Below are positions 1-15,380 of a stretch of 64,000 nucleotides of DNA, in pieces (the first letter of the stretch is position 1; each line of letters begins with the position of its first letter). The notes beneath the pieces are model-generated. The model worked only from the letters and a program-made list of their open reading frames with translations. It had not been told where the DNA came from and did not search any database. Source of the DNA: Octopus vulgaris (Eukaryota). The translations under genes and the position numbers were made by a program. The stretch is taken from positions 16,244,001-16,308,000 of the forward strand of contig OX597836.1 in assembly GCA_951406725.2 (NCBI GenBank), given 5' to 3'.

Positions 1-26
1 AACTATATATATATATATTTGTGTAA

Positions 27-57
<31 letters not shown>

Positions 58-146
58 TGTATGTATGTATGTATGTATGTATGTATGTATGTATGTTTGC
101 ATGCATGTATGTATGTATTCTCATGCATATATTTGCATATCTAGAC

Positions 147-302
147 ATCGCTTGACAACCGGCCGATAAAATAAGCACTAGGCTTACAAAGTGGTTCGGC
201 AAAAGATACCGATAGAATAAGTCCTGGGGACGATTTGCTCGACTAAAGGCGGTACCCCAGTATGGTCGCAGTCAAATGACTGAAACAAGTAAAAGAGTAA
301 AA
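147..302 (+). mobile_element. SINE family B, 3' half
   Basis: Matches the 3' module of the full copy at 53185-53587 (ctaaaggcggt...gactgaaacaagtaaaagagtaaa). Confidence 0.85.
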
Positions 303-324
303 AATACAAACGCACACACACACA

Positions 325-363
<39 letters not shown>

Positions 364-1829
364 GTGTGTAGATATGTAAGAGAATAAGGTGTACGTACGC
401 CGCAGTAATATATATATATGTGTATATATATACACATATATATATACATATATGCATGCATACATACATACATATACACACATATATATATATACTCACA
501 CAAACACAGATGCTCATGTTTTAAATTCTATTTATCTTTTGTGTATTATCATATACACACATGCACACATAAATAGGGGAACATGCACACATACATACAC
601 ATCCAAGATCCACGTAACACAATGAACCATTGCCATATATCCGGCACGTCACATCACTAACATAACCACCATCATCACCACCACCACTATAATCATTACA
701 ACTAACATCACCATCACCAGCAGCATTCTCCTCACAACCATCATTACAGCAACAATGGCCATATCACCACTACCATAACTATTACCACCTTTATTACAAC
801 TACCAACATCACCGCCACCGCCACCAAGACCACCACAACCACCGCCACTAGAGTCATCACTGCAATCACAACTACACTGACCAACACCGTCAGCATTATC
901 ACCACCACCACCACCACCACCACCACCACCACCACCACCACCACTACCACCACCACTACCATCACATATACGTTAACCACTACAAAGCACCAATAAAAAT
1001 GTATTGATACGTAAGATGTGCAATCTGGCTGCAATTCACAGGTTGTGCTCGACCGACTGCATTTGCTGCTTTCTGCCAGATCTCTTTGATGCAATAATGC
1101 AGCGTGCACATTGGCCATTGCAGTTGTAAGTGTACACATATACGCACACATAAACATACACACAGTCACGTACACATACTCAGAGATGTGCATACGTAGA
1201 TGTATTTATATATATATATATATAATCTGCATATATATATATATTTTTATGTATGTACCTGCAACTAAAACCGTTGTTGCATATTGGTTATTGCAGATCT
1301 AAAAGCTCGCATGCAACCAACATATGCAGATGCATATTGCTGCACACATGCATAAAGTAATCATCACACACATACATGCAAAAATACACACACATACATG
1401 AACACGTATCTGTGTGTTTGTATACATATATATTATATATTAATGTATGAGTATATATATATATATATGTGTGTATAGATATACATATAAATATATACAT
1501 ATAAATATATACATATATACACACATATATATGTACATATTTATATCTATATACATATACATACATACATATATATATATATGAGTGTATGTATGTATGT
1601 ATGTATGTATGTATGTATGTATGTATGTATGCATGTATATATATATATATATACATACATACATACATACATACACACAAATACAAGCATGCAGCAAATA
1701 CATAATACTTTTGCAATACAGATATGATGGTTATTGAAAATATAATCACACATACAAAACATGGAAGCCAACACACACACACATACTCCCGCTCACTCTT
1801 TCATATACATACATACATACATACATACA

Positions 1830-1861
<32 letters not shown>

Positions 1862-2468
1862 AGAAAATATGCTCTTGCATATATACACACAGACACGTAT
1901 ATACAATGCACCTACACAGATACACACAGAGGCAGAACTATAAACACATCTCAAAATGCTCATACACACACGCACAAATTCAACACACACACACCGACAC
2001 GCTCACACATACACACTCACACAACATACACGTGCACATACATACATGTGTACATACATACATTTGTACATACATACATGTGTACATACATACATGTGTA
2101 CATACATACATACATACATACATACATACATGCATATATAATGCAATAGAAATATTAAGAACTACATACAGATATATACAGATTTTGTGTATGAACACGC
2201 TTACGATTGTACAGTGTGTATAAATAAGTTTAATTAACTTAAGACTTTGCCAGCTGAAACCTAATATATTTATTCTGCCGTATATCATGCGATCAAACAC
2301 AAACATTGCTAACGCATCAGTAATTTCTATATCGAACCGTATACAAAAATGCATCATTTATGCTAATCGGTGTATGCTGTTTAATCTAGTCAGTAATGAC
2401 ATAACTATATATTTATTGCTACTGTTGATAGTTAGAGAAGGGTACTCGGTTGCTGGAAAGATCGTTAG

Positions 2469-2600
2469 CCCGATTCCTACAGAGAACACACCAGCCTATC
2501 ACAGACAATACCCGACTAAACACTACAGAGAACACATTAGCTTAACACATACAGTAACCCGACTAAACGCTAGAGAAGACCAGCCTAACACAGACAATAC
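2469..2600. repeat. Degenerate ~42-47 bp minisatellite, 3 units
   Basis: Units start with cccga at 2469, 2511 and 2558 and share cta(c/g)aga...cagcctaacacagacaata. Confidence 0.7.
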
Positions 2601-2799
2601 TAGCGTGATTCCTACGTTTCTATTCACGTATTGACAGATTATATCTACAAGCTTATTCTGGAGTATATCCCAGCACGTTATCTAGATACGTATTTTCATA
2701 TAGATCTACACATACGTATAGACACAAAGGACACGCCACACACACAACACACACACGCACACACACAAGTCTGTTTGTATACGTGTGTATGTGTGTGAG

Positions 2800-2950
2800 T
2801 ACATCATAGCTGAGAGGTAAAATTTGCTTTCCAACCACATGGTTCGAGGTTCAGTCCCACTGTGTGGCACCTTGCACGAGTGACGTCTATTATAGCCTCG
2901 AGCCGACCAAAGCCTTGTGAGTGGATTAATTTGAAGGAAATTGAAGCCAG

Positions 2951-2955
<5 letters not shown>
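2800..2955 (+). mobile_element. SINE family B, tRNA-like head plus core
   Basis: ccaaccacatggttcgaggttcagtcccactgtgtggcaccttg..., running into (TA)n. Confidence 0.85.
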
Positions 2956-3024
<69 letters not shown>

Positions 3025-3636
3025 ATGTAACTTTATTCTGTCGTAAATAGCGTCAAAAACTAACACTGATGGACACATCGATAATGCATTTTAACCGAAG
3101 TGATGCCAAAAGTGCGTTATTTATGCAAATGAGTTTTCTCGAGTTCAAACTGAAACTGATGTGATTTATGGCACTCAGTGCCTTTCCGTAGCGATCTCAA
3201 CGTTACTCATGGAGTTAAATTCGGGGATCGAAATCTTTTATTTCAAAGTCATGCCAAGAGCATAGCCGCTTCTTATATGGAGCCTTCCGTATCGTGAATG
3301 AAGAGTGCATGGTATATGCATGTATGAAAAAGAGAAGGCAGAAGAAAGAATAAAACTATGTGTGTGTGCGCGTGAATGCGCGAATAAGCGCTCGTGTGCA
3401 TGTGTATAAGTGCATATTTGTATATGCACATGCGCATGTGTGTATACTATTTACGTAAAAAATTACTTGTTGCATATATGCGTATATTAATAAAAATATA
3501 TTAAAGGCGGCACACCAACATGGCTGCAGTCCAATGATTGAAACAAGTAAAAGAATATATATATGTATATACGTAGATAGATACATAAAATATTTCATAC
3601 ATGCATGCATACACAAGCGAGCAGATATGTGTGTGT

Positions 3637-3938
3637 GGAGGTACATGGTCTAGTGGTTAGAGCAGCGGACTCGCGGTCGAGGGTTCGAATCTCAGACCGG
3701 ATGATGTGTGTGTTTATGAGCGAAAAGACCTAAGCTCCACGCGGCTCCGGTAGAATGTAATGGCGAACTTCTGCTAACTCTTTCGCCATGACTTTCTCTC
3801 ACTCTTTGCTCTTGCATCTTGCTGCTCCCCAGCGAGGGATCGGCGTCCCGTCCAGGTGGGGAATCTATACGCCAAGAAAACCGAGAAAACGGCCCTTATG
3901 AACCAGGCGTGGCTAGAGAAGGAACAAACAACAACAAA
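3637..3938 (+). mobile_element. SINE family C (tRNA-derived), tail type 1
   Basis: A box tggtctagtgg, B box gggttcgaatctc; central domain shared with 39272-39661; (ACA)n-like end. Confidence 0.85.
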
Positions 3939-3939
3939 C

Positions 3940-3976
<37 letters not shown>

Positions 3977-3977
<1 letters not shown>

Positions 3978-4174
3978 TAGGTGGTGCTGAAAAAGTTTCT
4001 GGCTTTGGGCGAAAGAAAATACAGGAGATTCAGTTAAATATGATTCACACACTTATTGTAGCGGTCTTTCAACGTGTCTAAGCTCTGTGAAAGAACTCGG
4101 AGGGTTGGGCATCCAACCAGGCCTTTTGCAATACCCTTAAAGCCGCCAGGAACTTTTCAGCACCCACCCTCTCG
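3977..4174. mobile_element. Mariner-type MITE
   Basis: Imperfect TIRs ggtgctgaaaaagtttctggct / gccaggaacttttcagcacc, TA flanks; second partial copy at 60288-60413. Confidence 0.75.
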
Positions 4175-4206
<32 letters not shown>

Positions 4207-4244
4207 TGTATGTATGTATGTATGTATGTATGTATGTATGTATG

Positions 4245-4307
<63 letters not shown>

Positions 4308-4799
4308 TGTGGCTGATACAGAGACGGCTGGAGGGCAGTTGGAAATGTAGAGAGAGATGCTAGAGTGATACAGGAACGGAACGTAGTAAAAAGAGGCAAG
4401 AAAAACCAAAATCCTAAATAAATAAATAGATAAATAAATATATAGAGAAATGATTAAGAAAGAAAACACAAAACAAAAACTGGTCTGCATTAAACAAACA
4501 ACAGTTTTCGAGGCGGCGAATAGAAAACATTAAGATATCGTTATATCTATATTGTCTAACAACATAAAATGCGCCAAAATGAGCGTTTCTTTGCCAACAA
4601 CAACGATAGTAACAGCAACAGCAGCAGCAGTTGATAACCAATAGTATATTATTACAAGAAAATGTTCAACCAATGAGCAGAGACAATGGTTTGTGAGGAG
4701 AGAGAGAGAGAGAGAAAAAGAGAAAGAGAGAGAAATAGTGAGAGGGAAAGAGGGAGAGAGAGATCGGGGTGAGAAATCTTATCAGGTATAACGCAACAC

Positions 4800-4800
<1 letters not shown>

Positions 4801-4850
<50 letters not shown>

Positions 4851-4851
4851 G

Positions 4852-4910
<59 letters not shown>

Positions 4911-4928
4911 TATATGTATGTATGTATG

Positions 4929-4997
<69 letters not shown>

Positions 4998-5148
4998 TTA
5001 TATATATATATATATATATGTATATGTATATAAATATATATATACAGTATTTGTATATATATATATACATATGTATATATATATATATATATATATAAAT
5101 GCATATCTATATACAGTATATATGTATATAAATGTATATATATACACA

Positions 5149-5218
<70 letters not shown>

Positions 5219-5312
5219 TATATATATATATATATGTATTTAAAGGTATATATATACAATATATATATGTATATACATACTGACTATATAAATATATATA
5301 TATATATATATA
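4801..5312. repeat. (TA)n-rich compound microsatellite
   Basis: Direct reading; representative of dozens of (TA)n, (TATG)n and (CA)n tracts across the window. Confidence 0.95.
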
Positions 5313-5675
5313 TGAATGTTTTTATGTAGATGCTTATATGTATACATATATTTTATTTAATGTATGTCTATGCTCGTGTGTGTGGAGTAGAAAAAACTGC
5401 AGGAGGAAGTAGTTATGATTACTATACGGTCGTTATTGTTGTTTTTGTGTTGTTATCATCACCAAAAATCAACATTATTCTTATTCATTTCGCCGTTGTT
5501 GTTGTTGTTGTTGCTCTGTTTTACCATTTTTTTTGCTTCTTTTTCTTTTGCTTTTTTTTTCTCTCCATAACTTAATATTTTGTCTTCGCATTTCACCTTC
5601 AACAATTTTTTGCCCAAACGTGTTCGCCCTTGTGTCAAATAAAGAGGCGTTTATTCTTATTCTTACTATTATTCT

Positions 5676-6299
<624 letters not shown>

Positions 6300-6476
6300 T
6301 CGTGTCGATATCATTAGCGATAATATTGTTTTCCGTTGATGTCGTTGTAGCTAAACTGCAAGAGGTAGATGTAAGCAGAGATGACAAACTGAACGGGACT
6401 ATGGAGATGGCAAAGGCAGATTAGCGACTGTCAATGGAAAAATTATTACCTATATAGAAAAACCAACATATATATA

Positions 6477-6522
<46 letters not shown>

Positions 6523-7256
6523 TATATATATATGCATGTATGTATATATGCATGTATACATCAGATCACTATCCGTTAAAGTGTGTCTATTTGTGTGTAC
6601 ACACACATATATGTTTTCCGCCTGCAGCCCACTCATCAATAGTAATCTGTGATCCGGCTCTATGTGTCTTTATAGACATGCAGTCGAGGGTGTATAATAG
6701 GGCGAAATGTAAACGATGTAACTAAATTTGGGGATATATACATAAATACATACATACATACATTTAGATATATATATATATATATTTACGGAGATGTACT
6801 TGCATAGCAAGTGATCTGATCTGAGATCGTGTGCTGGAACGAAGACAATTGCAGCGTGGAAGGTGTTTATAAGCCATTTAAAAACATACAAAAGCCATTA
6901 GATTCACTCCAAGATTTGAATTTAATTTGCCAAAATATTTTCGTCTCTTTGAGACCGTGAGCTGTGAATCTAACGGTTTTTGCAATTGTTATATATATTT
7001 ATATTTATATATAGAGAGTTTTTGCAATTGTTATATATATTTATATATATATATGAGAGGTAATGGTGTCATTGAGACTTAAAGGTGTCAGGTAATGCTG
7101 AATAAGTGCAATAGATTAACCATAGTTAAGTTCCAGGGTCGGTGATTATGCGAATAAGGGGTTCAACGTAGGTCATATAAGACCTAAAATCTACACAGAC
7201 TTGTTTTTTATCTTGGTTTTTTTTTATCTCATTACGAAAAAATATATATAGAATTC

Positions 7257-7347
<91 letters not shown>

Positions 7348-8494
7348 GGAGAGAGAGAGAGCGAGAGCGAGAGCGAGATAGATATATCATATATAGGAGA
7401 AATCAGTGAGATAACACTGAGGTAAGAATCAACTTGTTATATCCCGGGGAGGGAGAGGAGGTTAACATTTTAATCCGGCAAGTGTTTATACTCTCCTCTA
7501 CCAAAAGGGTGGCGTGATTGAGTGCTTCTAAGGTATCCAGCTACCTGCAAAGTAGTCATGATTTCAAATTATTAGTTGTAGTCTTTGACCCAGCTCGTCT
7601 TTTATCGAATAAATATGCATGCCCAAACCGCTCCAGCCGTGGCCACTTCACGTTTTCTCCCACAGGAGAATTACAAATTGAGGTCAACATTATTATCCGT
7701 TTGTACAGATGCATGCAAAATGGAGACTCACGCACACACTGTTTTAAAAAACATCAATTATTACTAAAAAATATTACTTTGGTACATTGCTTAAACAGCA
7801 ATGCAGTTTCATGACTTAACTTGTATTGAGTTTGAGAGATTTAGAAGTAATATTACTACGAGAACCAAAGATGAAATCTAAGGCGTGAGGCTGAAACAGG
7901 CGTTTTTGCAAGTGACGTTCAAAAATGTTTTAAACAGAAAGATATAAGGATAAGCGTTGTCTTCAAACATTCATTTGATATTTCAAAAAATATCCAGACA
8001 CTGGATATTTCGAAAGAAGAAAGATCTTGGTTTGCCGGCTGATGATCAGAGACGAATAACTCTGAGTAGAGGAAACTGGAGCCTTTTGGTTATAATGTAT
8101 TAAAGAATACATTTGTATTGAGTCCTGTAATTTATCGCTTCTGGTAAATCAACGCACAGACACGCACGCACACACAAAAACATATGTAAGCTATCTTGGA
8201 AGGTATCAAAGATAAAAGAAAATCAAGCCTTCACATTTTGTAAAAATATAGGAGCAAGGAAAGTTGAAAACGAAAGGCATCAACAGAAAGGACCTCTCCA
8301 TTTAGTTGAGCTTGTATTAACCTTTAACTGCTTTTCTTTTGTACGTAAGATGCCCGAGCAGGACAGTGAAGTGGCCATGGGAATGAGATTGGGACCTATA
8401 TATATGTATGTATGTATTTATGTATGTATGTATGTATGTATGTATGTATGTATGTAGGTAGGTATGTATGTATGTATATATATATATATATATA

Positions 8495-8695
8495 AGGTTA
8501 ATCCATACGGGAAAACAGAAAAAACAACAACACGTGGAACAATTACAGTATTATTATTATTAGGCGCTCAGGAAAATGGAAGAAGGAGGGTATGACGTTT
8601 CGAGCGGAGCTCTTCGTCGGAAACATAGGAGAAAGAAAGATCCCGAGACGGGAGGACAGAGGAAAAAAAATTGCAGGTAGTCTTCACGAGGTCAC
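8495..8695 (-). mobile_element. Repeat carrying a minimal hammerhead-like motif (probable Penelope-like pLTR derivative)
   Basis: Homologous to 27239-27445; minus strand 8590-8624 reads GUUU CCGACGA A GAGC UCC GCUC GAAA CG UC AUAC. Confidence 0.55.
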
Positions 8696-8717
8696 ATATA
8701 TATATATATATATATAG

Positions 8718-9056
8718 ATCTGACACCCCCTTCGGTCACGACACTGACCATGGGATTGTACCTAGAAAGTTACCCTCCCAGGCACAAGTCCGGGCAAGGT
8801 TGTTTGTGGAAGACCAACAGTCGGCCATGCATACCGGCCTCCCCTCTCCACGCCACCAGTGTTATCCAAAGGAAAGGCAAAGGGGCCAATACAGTTTGGC
8901 ACCTGTGACGTCACAACTCATTTCTACAACTGAGTGAACTGGAGCAACGTGAAATAAAGTGCCTTGCTCAAGAACACAACACGCATCCCGGCCCGGAATT
9001 CGAGCCCACAACCTCACGATCGTAAGCTCGACGCTCTAACCACTGAGCCATGCGCC

Positions 9057-9060
<4 letters not shown>
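8718..9060 (-). mobile_element. SINE family E (tRNA-derived)
   Basis: Minus-strand head tggctcagtggttagagcg...gggctcgaattcc followed by gtgttcttgagcaaggcactttatttcacgttgctccag; degenerate relatives near 18885-19160 and 61255-61420. Confidence 0.8.
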
Positions 9061-9129
<69 letters not shown>

Positions 9130-9520
9130 TTAATCATGTTGAACCGTTAATCCCTACACACTTTTTCGTTCTCTCTCCATTTTTCTACCTCTCGATCCTT
9201 TCTATCGAAGAGCATAGGCTCGAAACGGTACTTGTACTATTGGTCTTTTTTTTTTTGAGATTCTTTAAGTTACGAGGATATAAACAAACCAACACAGGTT
9301 GTCAATCGGTGATGGGGGATAAACACACAAACAAATGTACATACACATAAGATATATAAATGTGTATATGCGACGGGTTTCTTTCAGTTTCCGTCTACCA
9401 AAAACCACTTACAAGGCTATAGTAGAAGGCATTTGTCCAAGGTGTCATGCAGTGGGACTGAACCCGGAATCATGTAGTTCAGAAGCAAGCTTCTTACCAC
9501 AGAGCTACGCATACCCCCAT

Positions 9521-9569
<49 letters not shown>

Positions 9570-9841
9570 CACACATAATGTTTGTAAAGGTGATCGACAT
9601 ATAACACGTTTTATACGTCCACGTTTTCTTTTATAAGCTTACAGGCCCCAAGGAGAGAATTCGTATTGTGGTGGTGAAGTTTCTTGTTGAGGTACTCCTT
9701 GGTTTAAGAAACCCCAACAGTAAACACATAGAATGGAATCTGGAGACTTCATTTTATAGTTTACTTATACCATGTTATATTAATTGCATAATCCACCAGC
9801 TTTACATACTTGTATATATATATATACAAATACATACATAC

Positions 9842-9937
<96 letters not shown>

Positions 9938-9983
9938 ATATGTATATATATATATGTATGTATATATATTTATATATGTATAT

Positions 9984-10024
<41 letters not shown>

Positions 10025-10041
10025 TATGTGTGTATATATAT

Positions 10042-10074
<33 letters not shown>

Positions 10075-10519
10075 GGGAGAGAGAGAGAGAGAGAGTCTCT
10101 GTGTGTGTGTATGTAAATGTGTGTGTGTGTGTGGTTGCTGGTGCACTGCTGGAAAGGAAAAAGAAATGTGCAACTATTGCACAATCTTGTCTGAAATCTG
10201 CAGTCGGCTGCACATTCTGTTCATATTTAACGTAGCCAATGTTAATCTTCAAATTATGTAACACTATTTACTAGGGGTGTGGTAGGAGTTAGTGCGGTAC
10301 GGGAGTCGCAGTGCTGGTATGTGGTTGCTGAGTGTATGGCGGCGTCGCAGTGGTGGTAATGGTGATGGTGGTGGTGGTGGTGGTGGAGGGGTTGGTAGCA
10401 GTGGTTGTGGCAGAGCAGTCTTGTTGGTGGTGGTGTTGGTGGTGGTGTGCTCAAGTGGTTGTTGTTGCTATTTGTTTGTTTGTTTGTTGAGCGGTCTTGG
10501 AGAAGTTCAAACCGTGGTC

Positions 10520-10830
10520 CTTTGCTACTTGTAAGACCCTGCAGAAGAGAAAGCAGGTCAACCCCTGACCCCGAGAGCATCGACGGATGGATGAATGCGC
10601 ATCCCAGGCTCAGCGGTTGCGTAGGAAGTCGGGGACAAGAAACAGGAAGAAAGAGTGAGAGAAAGTTGGAGCGAAAGAGTACAACAGGGGTCGCCCCACC
10701 CCTGCCGGAGCCTCGTGGAGCTTTAGGCGTTTTCACTCACTAGACACACACAATGCCCAGTCTGGGAATCGAAACCGCGATCTTCCGACCGCGAGTCCGC
10801 TGCCCTAACCATTGGGCCATTGTGCCTCCA
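10520..10830 (-). mobile_element. SINE family C, tail type 2
   Basis: Head and central domain match 39272-39460 in reverse; 3' tail is different. Confidence 0.85.
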
Positions 10831-10979
10831 CTGTTGTTGCTGTTGATGATGTTTTGCCCCTTAGATAAGCTCTGATTCAATAGTCACGATCAAAATTGCT
10901 CCAGACGGGTCCATCGTATCTTATTTGTTTTTCTTTTTTAAGAGCAGGCAACTAAAGCCCTTCATTCTTTCTTTCTTTT

Positions 10980-11198
10980 TCTCTCTTTTACTTGTTTCAG
11001 TCATTTGACTGCGGCCATGCTGGAGCACCGCATGTAGTCGAGGAAATCGACCCCAGGACTTATTCGTTGGAAGCCTAGTACTTTATTCTATCGGTCCCTT
11101 TTGTCGAACCGGTATGTTACGTGGACGTAAACACACCAGCATTGGTTGTCAAGTGATGTTGGGCGAACAAACACAGACACACAAACATATACAGTCAT

Positions 11199-11295
<97 letters not shown>

Positions 11296-11465
11296 TATAC
11301 GACGGGCTTCTTTCAGTTTCCGTCTACCAAATCCACTCACAAGGCTTTGATCGGCTCGGGGCTATAGTAGCAGACACTTGCCCAAGATGCCACGCAGTGG
11401 CACTGAACCCGGAACCATGTGATTGGTAAGCCAGCTACTTACCACACAGCCACTCCTACGCCTAT
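10980..11465 (-). mobile_element. SINE family B, full length, with internal (TA)n(GATA)n
   Basis: Reverse complement of the 53185-53587 architecture. Confidence 0.9.
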
Positions 11466-11924
11466 ATCCGAAATGATCGTTTTAATGACGGTCGGGTGGG
11501 ATTTGAAGGAAATTTACCTGTTGTTTCTAGCAGGTCGAGACACCACGTAGACGCACCTTCGTTGACTTGTATGTGTTAGTGGTGATGGTTGTTGTGGTGA
11601 CGAAGGTTGTATGGATATTGTTGTTGTTGGTGGTGATGCTGGTGGTGGCTGTGGTGATGATAATGGTTTTATTGATGCTGGTGCCGGTGGTGATGATCGT
11701 TATGGTAATGGTGGGGGTGGTGATAGTGGTTGTATCTGTTGTGATGCCCTGATCCAGTAAACTATCATCAAAAGGTATTCCAGCCATGACTACACCGCCT
11801 AGTTTTTGTCTTGTTTTGTTTTCAAGCACATTATACCTTGTCTTATATCATCAACGTTTCCTTTCTTTTTAAAGAGAAGTAGAATGCAATTTGAGGAACG
11901 TTTGACTGCTATTTATATCATATC

Positions 11925-12075
11925 GTGTCACATAACGGTTCGGCAAAAAGAGAGCGATAGAATAAGCACCAAGACTGATAACAAAAGATTCGGGGCGATT
12001 TCATAATAACTAAATACGTCAAGGCAGTGCCCCAGCATGGTCGTAGTGCAATAACCGAAACAAGTAAAAGACTCA
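11925..12075 (+). mobile_element. SINE family B, 3' half (degenerate)
   Basis: cggttcggcaaaaagagagcgatagaataagcacc...gaaacaagtaaaaga. Confidence 0.75.
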
Positions 12076-12193
12076 CAGAGAGGGAACGCTTGTTTTCCAA
12101 CCTCAGCAGTAAGAAGATGAAGTCCATTATAAGATCTATATTCGATATAATTTGGAGAGAAGAAGCAGACAAGACAACAACAATAAGAATAAA

Positions 12194-12242
12194 CAGCTGA
12201 GCCTCGTTCGCAGCTGAGCCTCGTTCGCAGTTGAGCCTCGTT
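12194..12242. repeat. 17-bp tandem repeat, ~2.9 units
   Basis: cagctgagcctcgttcg at 12194, 12211 and 12228. Confidence 0.9.
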
Positions 12243-12596
12243 TCTGTTTTATTTAATAGTTTCCGTTTTTTCAAAGAATGAGAATAAGTAAGACAAAAAG
12301 TGAGCAAATTTCGGAATAGAATAATAATTCTTAAGAGGAGATAGAAATAAATCCCATCGTTTTCTACGGGTACTACGGTAGTAACAGAATATTTCGTTTT
12401 GTCACGTACATGGAAGAATGGGAGAAGAGAAGGAGAAAAACTGTGTGAGAGCAGTTGAAATTAGTGAGAGAGTGGAAAAGAGAGAACAGGACACAAAAAG
12501 GAAGAATTGTGGGTAACAGATAAACGAGAGATCGAGATAGATAGATAGATGGATAGATAGATAGATAGACAGAAAGACAGGCAGACAGACGGATAT

Positions 12597-12672
<76 letters not shown>

Positions 12673-12959
12673 TCGGTGCAGGAGAGAGGCTGGGTGAGTT
12701 GATTACAAAACTTGCTGTGTTATAATAATTCTTTTCCTGTAGAAGCTTTGATGCATAGAAATATCTGTTTGATGGAGATCGTCTGCTTGTGAGGAAACGC
12801 TGCAATATCATACGCCATTGTTGTCGGGGGGTTTTTGTTTGTTTTCAACATGAAACAACGCTGGATCAGATGAGGTAGTTAGCGGTTGTTAGCAGAGAGA
12901 TATTTCAGGATTTGAAGGCGTTTAGATAGATATATAGTTAGATAGATAGACAGACAGAC

Positions 12960-13014
<55 letters not shown>

Positions 13015-13302
13015 CAGACACACATACAGACTCATAGATAGATAAATAGATAGATAGAGAATAAAAGGAAGAAAGAGAAAGATATACAGTTGTGTGTGTG
13101 TGTGTGTGGAGAGAGAGAGAGAGAGACATGAAGAGATAAATCGTTATTAGATAATTGAACACATAAATCTCAAGTGATTCGCTATGGTTTTCTATGGATC
13201 ATTACTTCTATATACTGACGTACATATATACAAATTCACACACACACACACACACACACACGCAGCTTATAGTTATAAGCTTATTATTCGCGTTACTTTA
13301 AT

Positions 13303-13401
<99 letters not shown>

Positions 13402-13450
13402 GCATACCTATATATATATATGTTGAAATAAATATGTTGAAATAAATATA

Positions 13451-13490
<40 letters not shown>

Positions 13491-13792
13491 ACATAAATCT
13501 ATAAACATACAGAACAAACACGCTTACATATTTTGACGTGTAAACCACCTGCCTGGCTGACAGAAGTTGTCAAGACTCACAGTCGTACCGTGGTGAGTTC
13601 GATTCCTGGAGCCGTCAGGTCGTTCTGTCTTCGAGCAAGAAATGGTTGTGAGGGTGTCAAAGGAGGTATCGGACTACCTGAGGTGATTCAACTTCTTGGT
13701 TTGGTGTGAAGTTGGTTCCCTTACCCTTTTCCTTTTTAGTGATACACATGCATACATACATATACGCGTGCGCACATACATGTATGTATACA

Positions 13793-13824
<32 letters not shown>

Positions 13825-13829
<5 letters not shown>

Positions 13830-13964
13830 GAAGCTTCCTTCTCGACCACATGGTTCCGGATTCAGTCACACTGCGTGTCACCTTGAGCAAGCGTTTTCTC
13901 CTATAGCCTCGGGCCAACCAAAACCATGTGAGTGGATTTGGCAGGCAGAAACTGAAAGAAGCCT

Positions 13965-14023
<59 letters not shown>

Positions 14024-14100
14024 GATGGGCTTCTTTCAATATATATATATATATTGTGTGTGCGTGTGTGTCTTTGTGTCTCTGTTTGTCCCCGCCACCA
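13825..14100 (+). mobile_element. SINE family B, head
   Basis: ccacatggttccggattcagtc...gtgagtggatttggcaggcagaaactgaaagaagcc, then (TA)n. Confidence 0.8.
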
Positions 14101-14140
14101 CCAACACAGCTTTATCTCATACAATGTTGGTATAAACCGT

Positions 14141-14366
14141 AGAGATTGCAGTAACGTTAGCAAGCCGGGCGAAATGCTTAGCAGTATTTCGTCTGCCGCT
14201 ACGTTCTGAGTTCAAATTCCGCCGAGGTCGACTTTGCCTTTCATCCTTTCGGGGTCGATTAAATAAGTACCAGTTACGCACTGGGGTCGATGTAATCGAC
14301 TTAATCCGTTTGTCTGTCCTTGTTTGTCCCCTCTGTATTTAGCCCTTTGTGGGTCGTAAAGAAATA
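14141..14366 (+). mobile_element. SINE family A with TSD
   Basis: B box gagttcaaattcc, core gcctttcatcctttcggggtcga, tail gaaata; TSD ggtataaac(c/t)gt at 14129-14140 and 14367-14378. Confidence 0.9.
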
Positions 14367-14804
14367 GGTATAAACTGTCTCTCCTTATGAAACGTACTTA
14401 AAATTCTTTGCCTGCAGTATGGCCGAATGGCTAAGAAGTTCCCTGCGTTACCATGGTGCCACAGGTTCGATTCCAATGTATTATGGCTTGAGCAAGTGTT
14501 ATTTTTTGTTATTTTTCGGGTCGACCCATGTTATGTGAGTGAAACTGTATTGATAGAAACGTTGAGTCCTTCGTGCCTGCAATTTAAATGTTTAGCCGTG
14601 TCACACTGATACTGTTTGATAACTACGTTAAGTGTACACGTCTCCAACGAATACTCAGCCACCATGATGCTAGTTCAGGACCAGATAATTCAGTTGACCA
14701 AATAGCTGAACCCCCATAATCGAACGACGAAGATCCTCCATACATACATACATGCAAGCATATAAGTGTGTGTGTGTGTGTGTGTGTGTATGCAAGCATG
14801 TATG

Positions 14805-14836
<32 letters not shown>

Positions 14837-15380
14837 TGTATGTATGTATGTATGTATGTGTATGTATGTATGTATGTATGTATGTATACAAGTGTGTGTG
14901 TGTGTGTGTATTTGTTTACAATAAATAGAAGTACAGTAACATTAGTGTACAGATTCCAATGTAGACAGATGGGAATAACATTATGTAATAAACCAAGGAA
15001 ATGTAATTAACAAATTAATTAACTAGTTAATTAAGATTGTGTGTTTAGTGGTGAGAACAATCATTTACTAAATGAGCTGGATGATTGCCCTCTTGTAGGT
15101 CTCCCAGAGGCTGTTTCTCTTTGTTCGATCTTAGATCTGAAGGCTGTATCTTAAAGTCAATTCAGTTATTAATCGATTTGTCACGGTAAGACAGATTCAT
15201 ATCAATTATAACAGTGATTAACTAATTGTTCCTTTTTCAATCATCTACAGATATCTTCAGACGTAATTATCGATCCGGCAGTGTTACTTTCGCCGGCGGA
15301 CTTGCCGTAGTGTTCGCAGTCTGCTGCTTCGTGAAATAACCTGATCTGGGTTAGAAATAAGGTTAAAGTTTAGGTTAGGG

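Noticed and set aside
7440-8160. Long unique segment with 98-aa and 60-aa ORFs
   Set aside because: The translations examined showed no recognisable domain; an exon cannot be excluded without RNA data.
12871-12892. tgaggtagttagcggttgttag resembles let-7
   Set aside because: Only the first 9 nt match directly and no complementary star arm is visible nearby.
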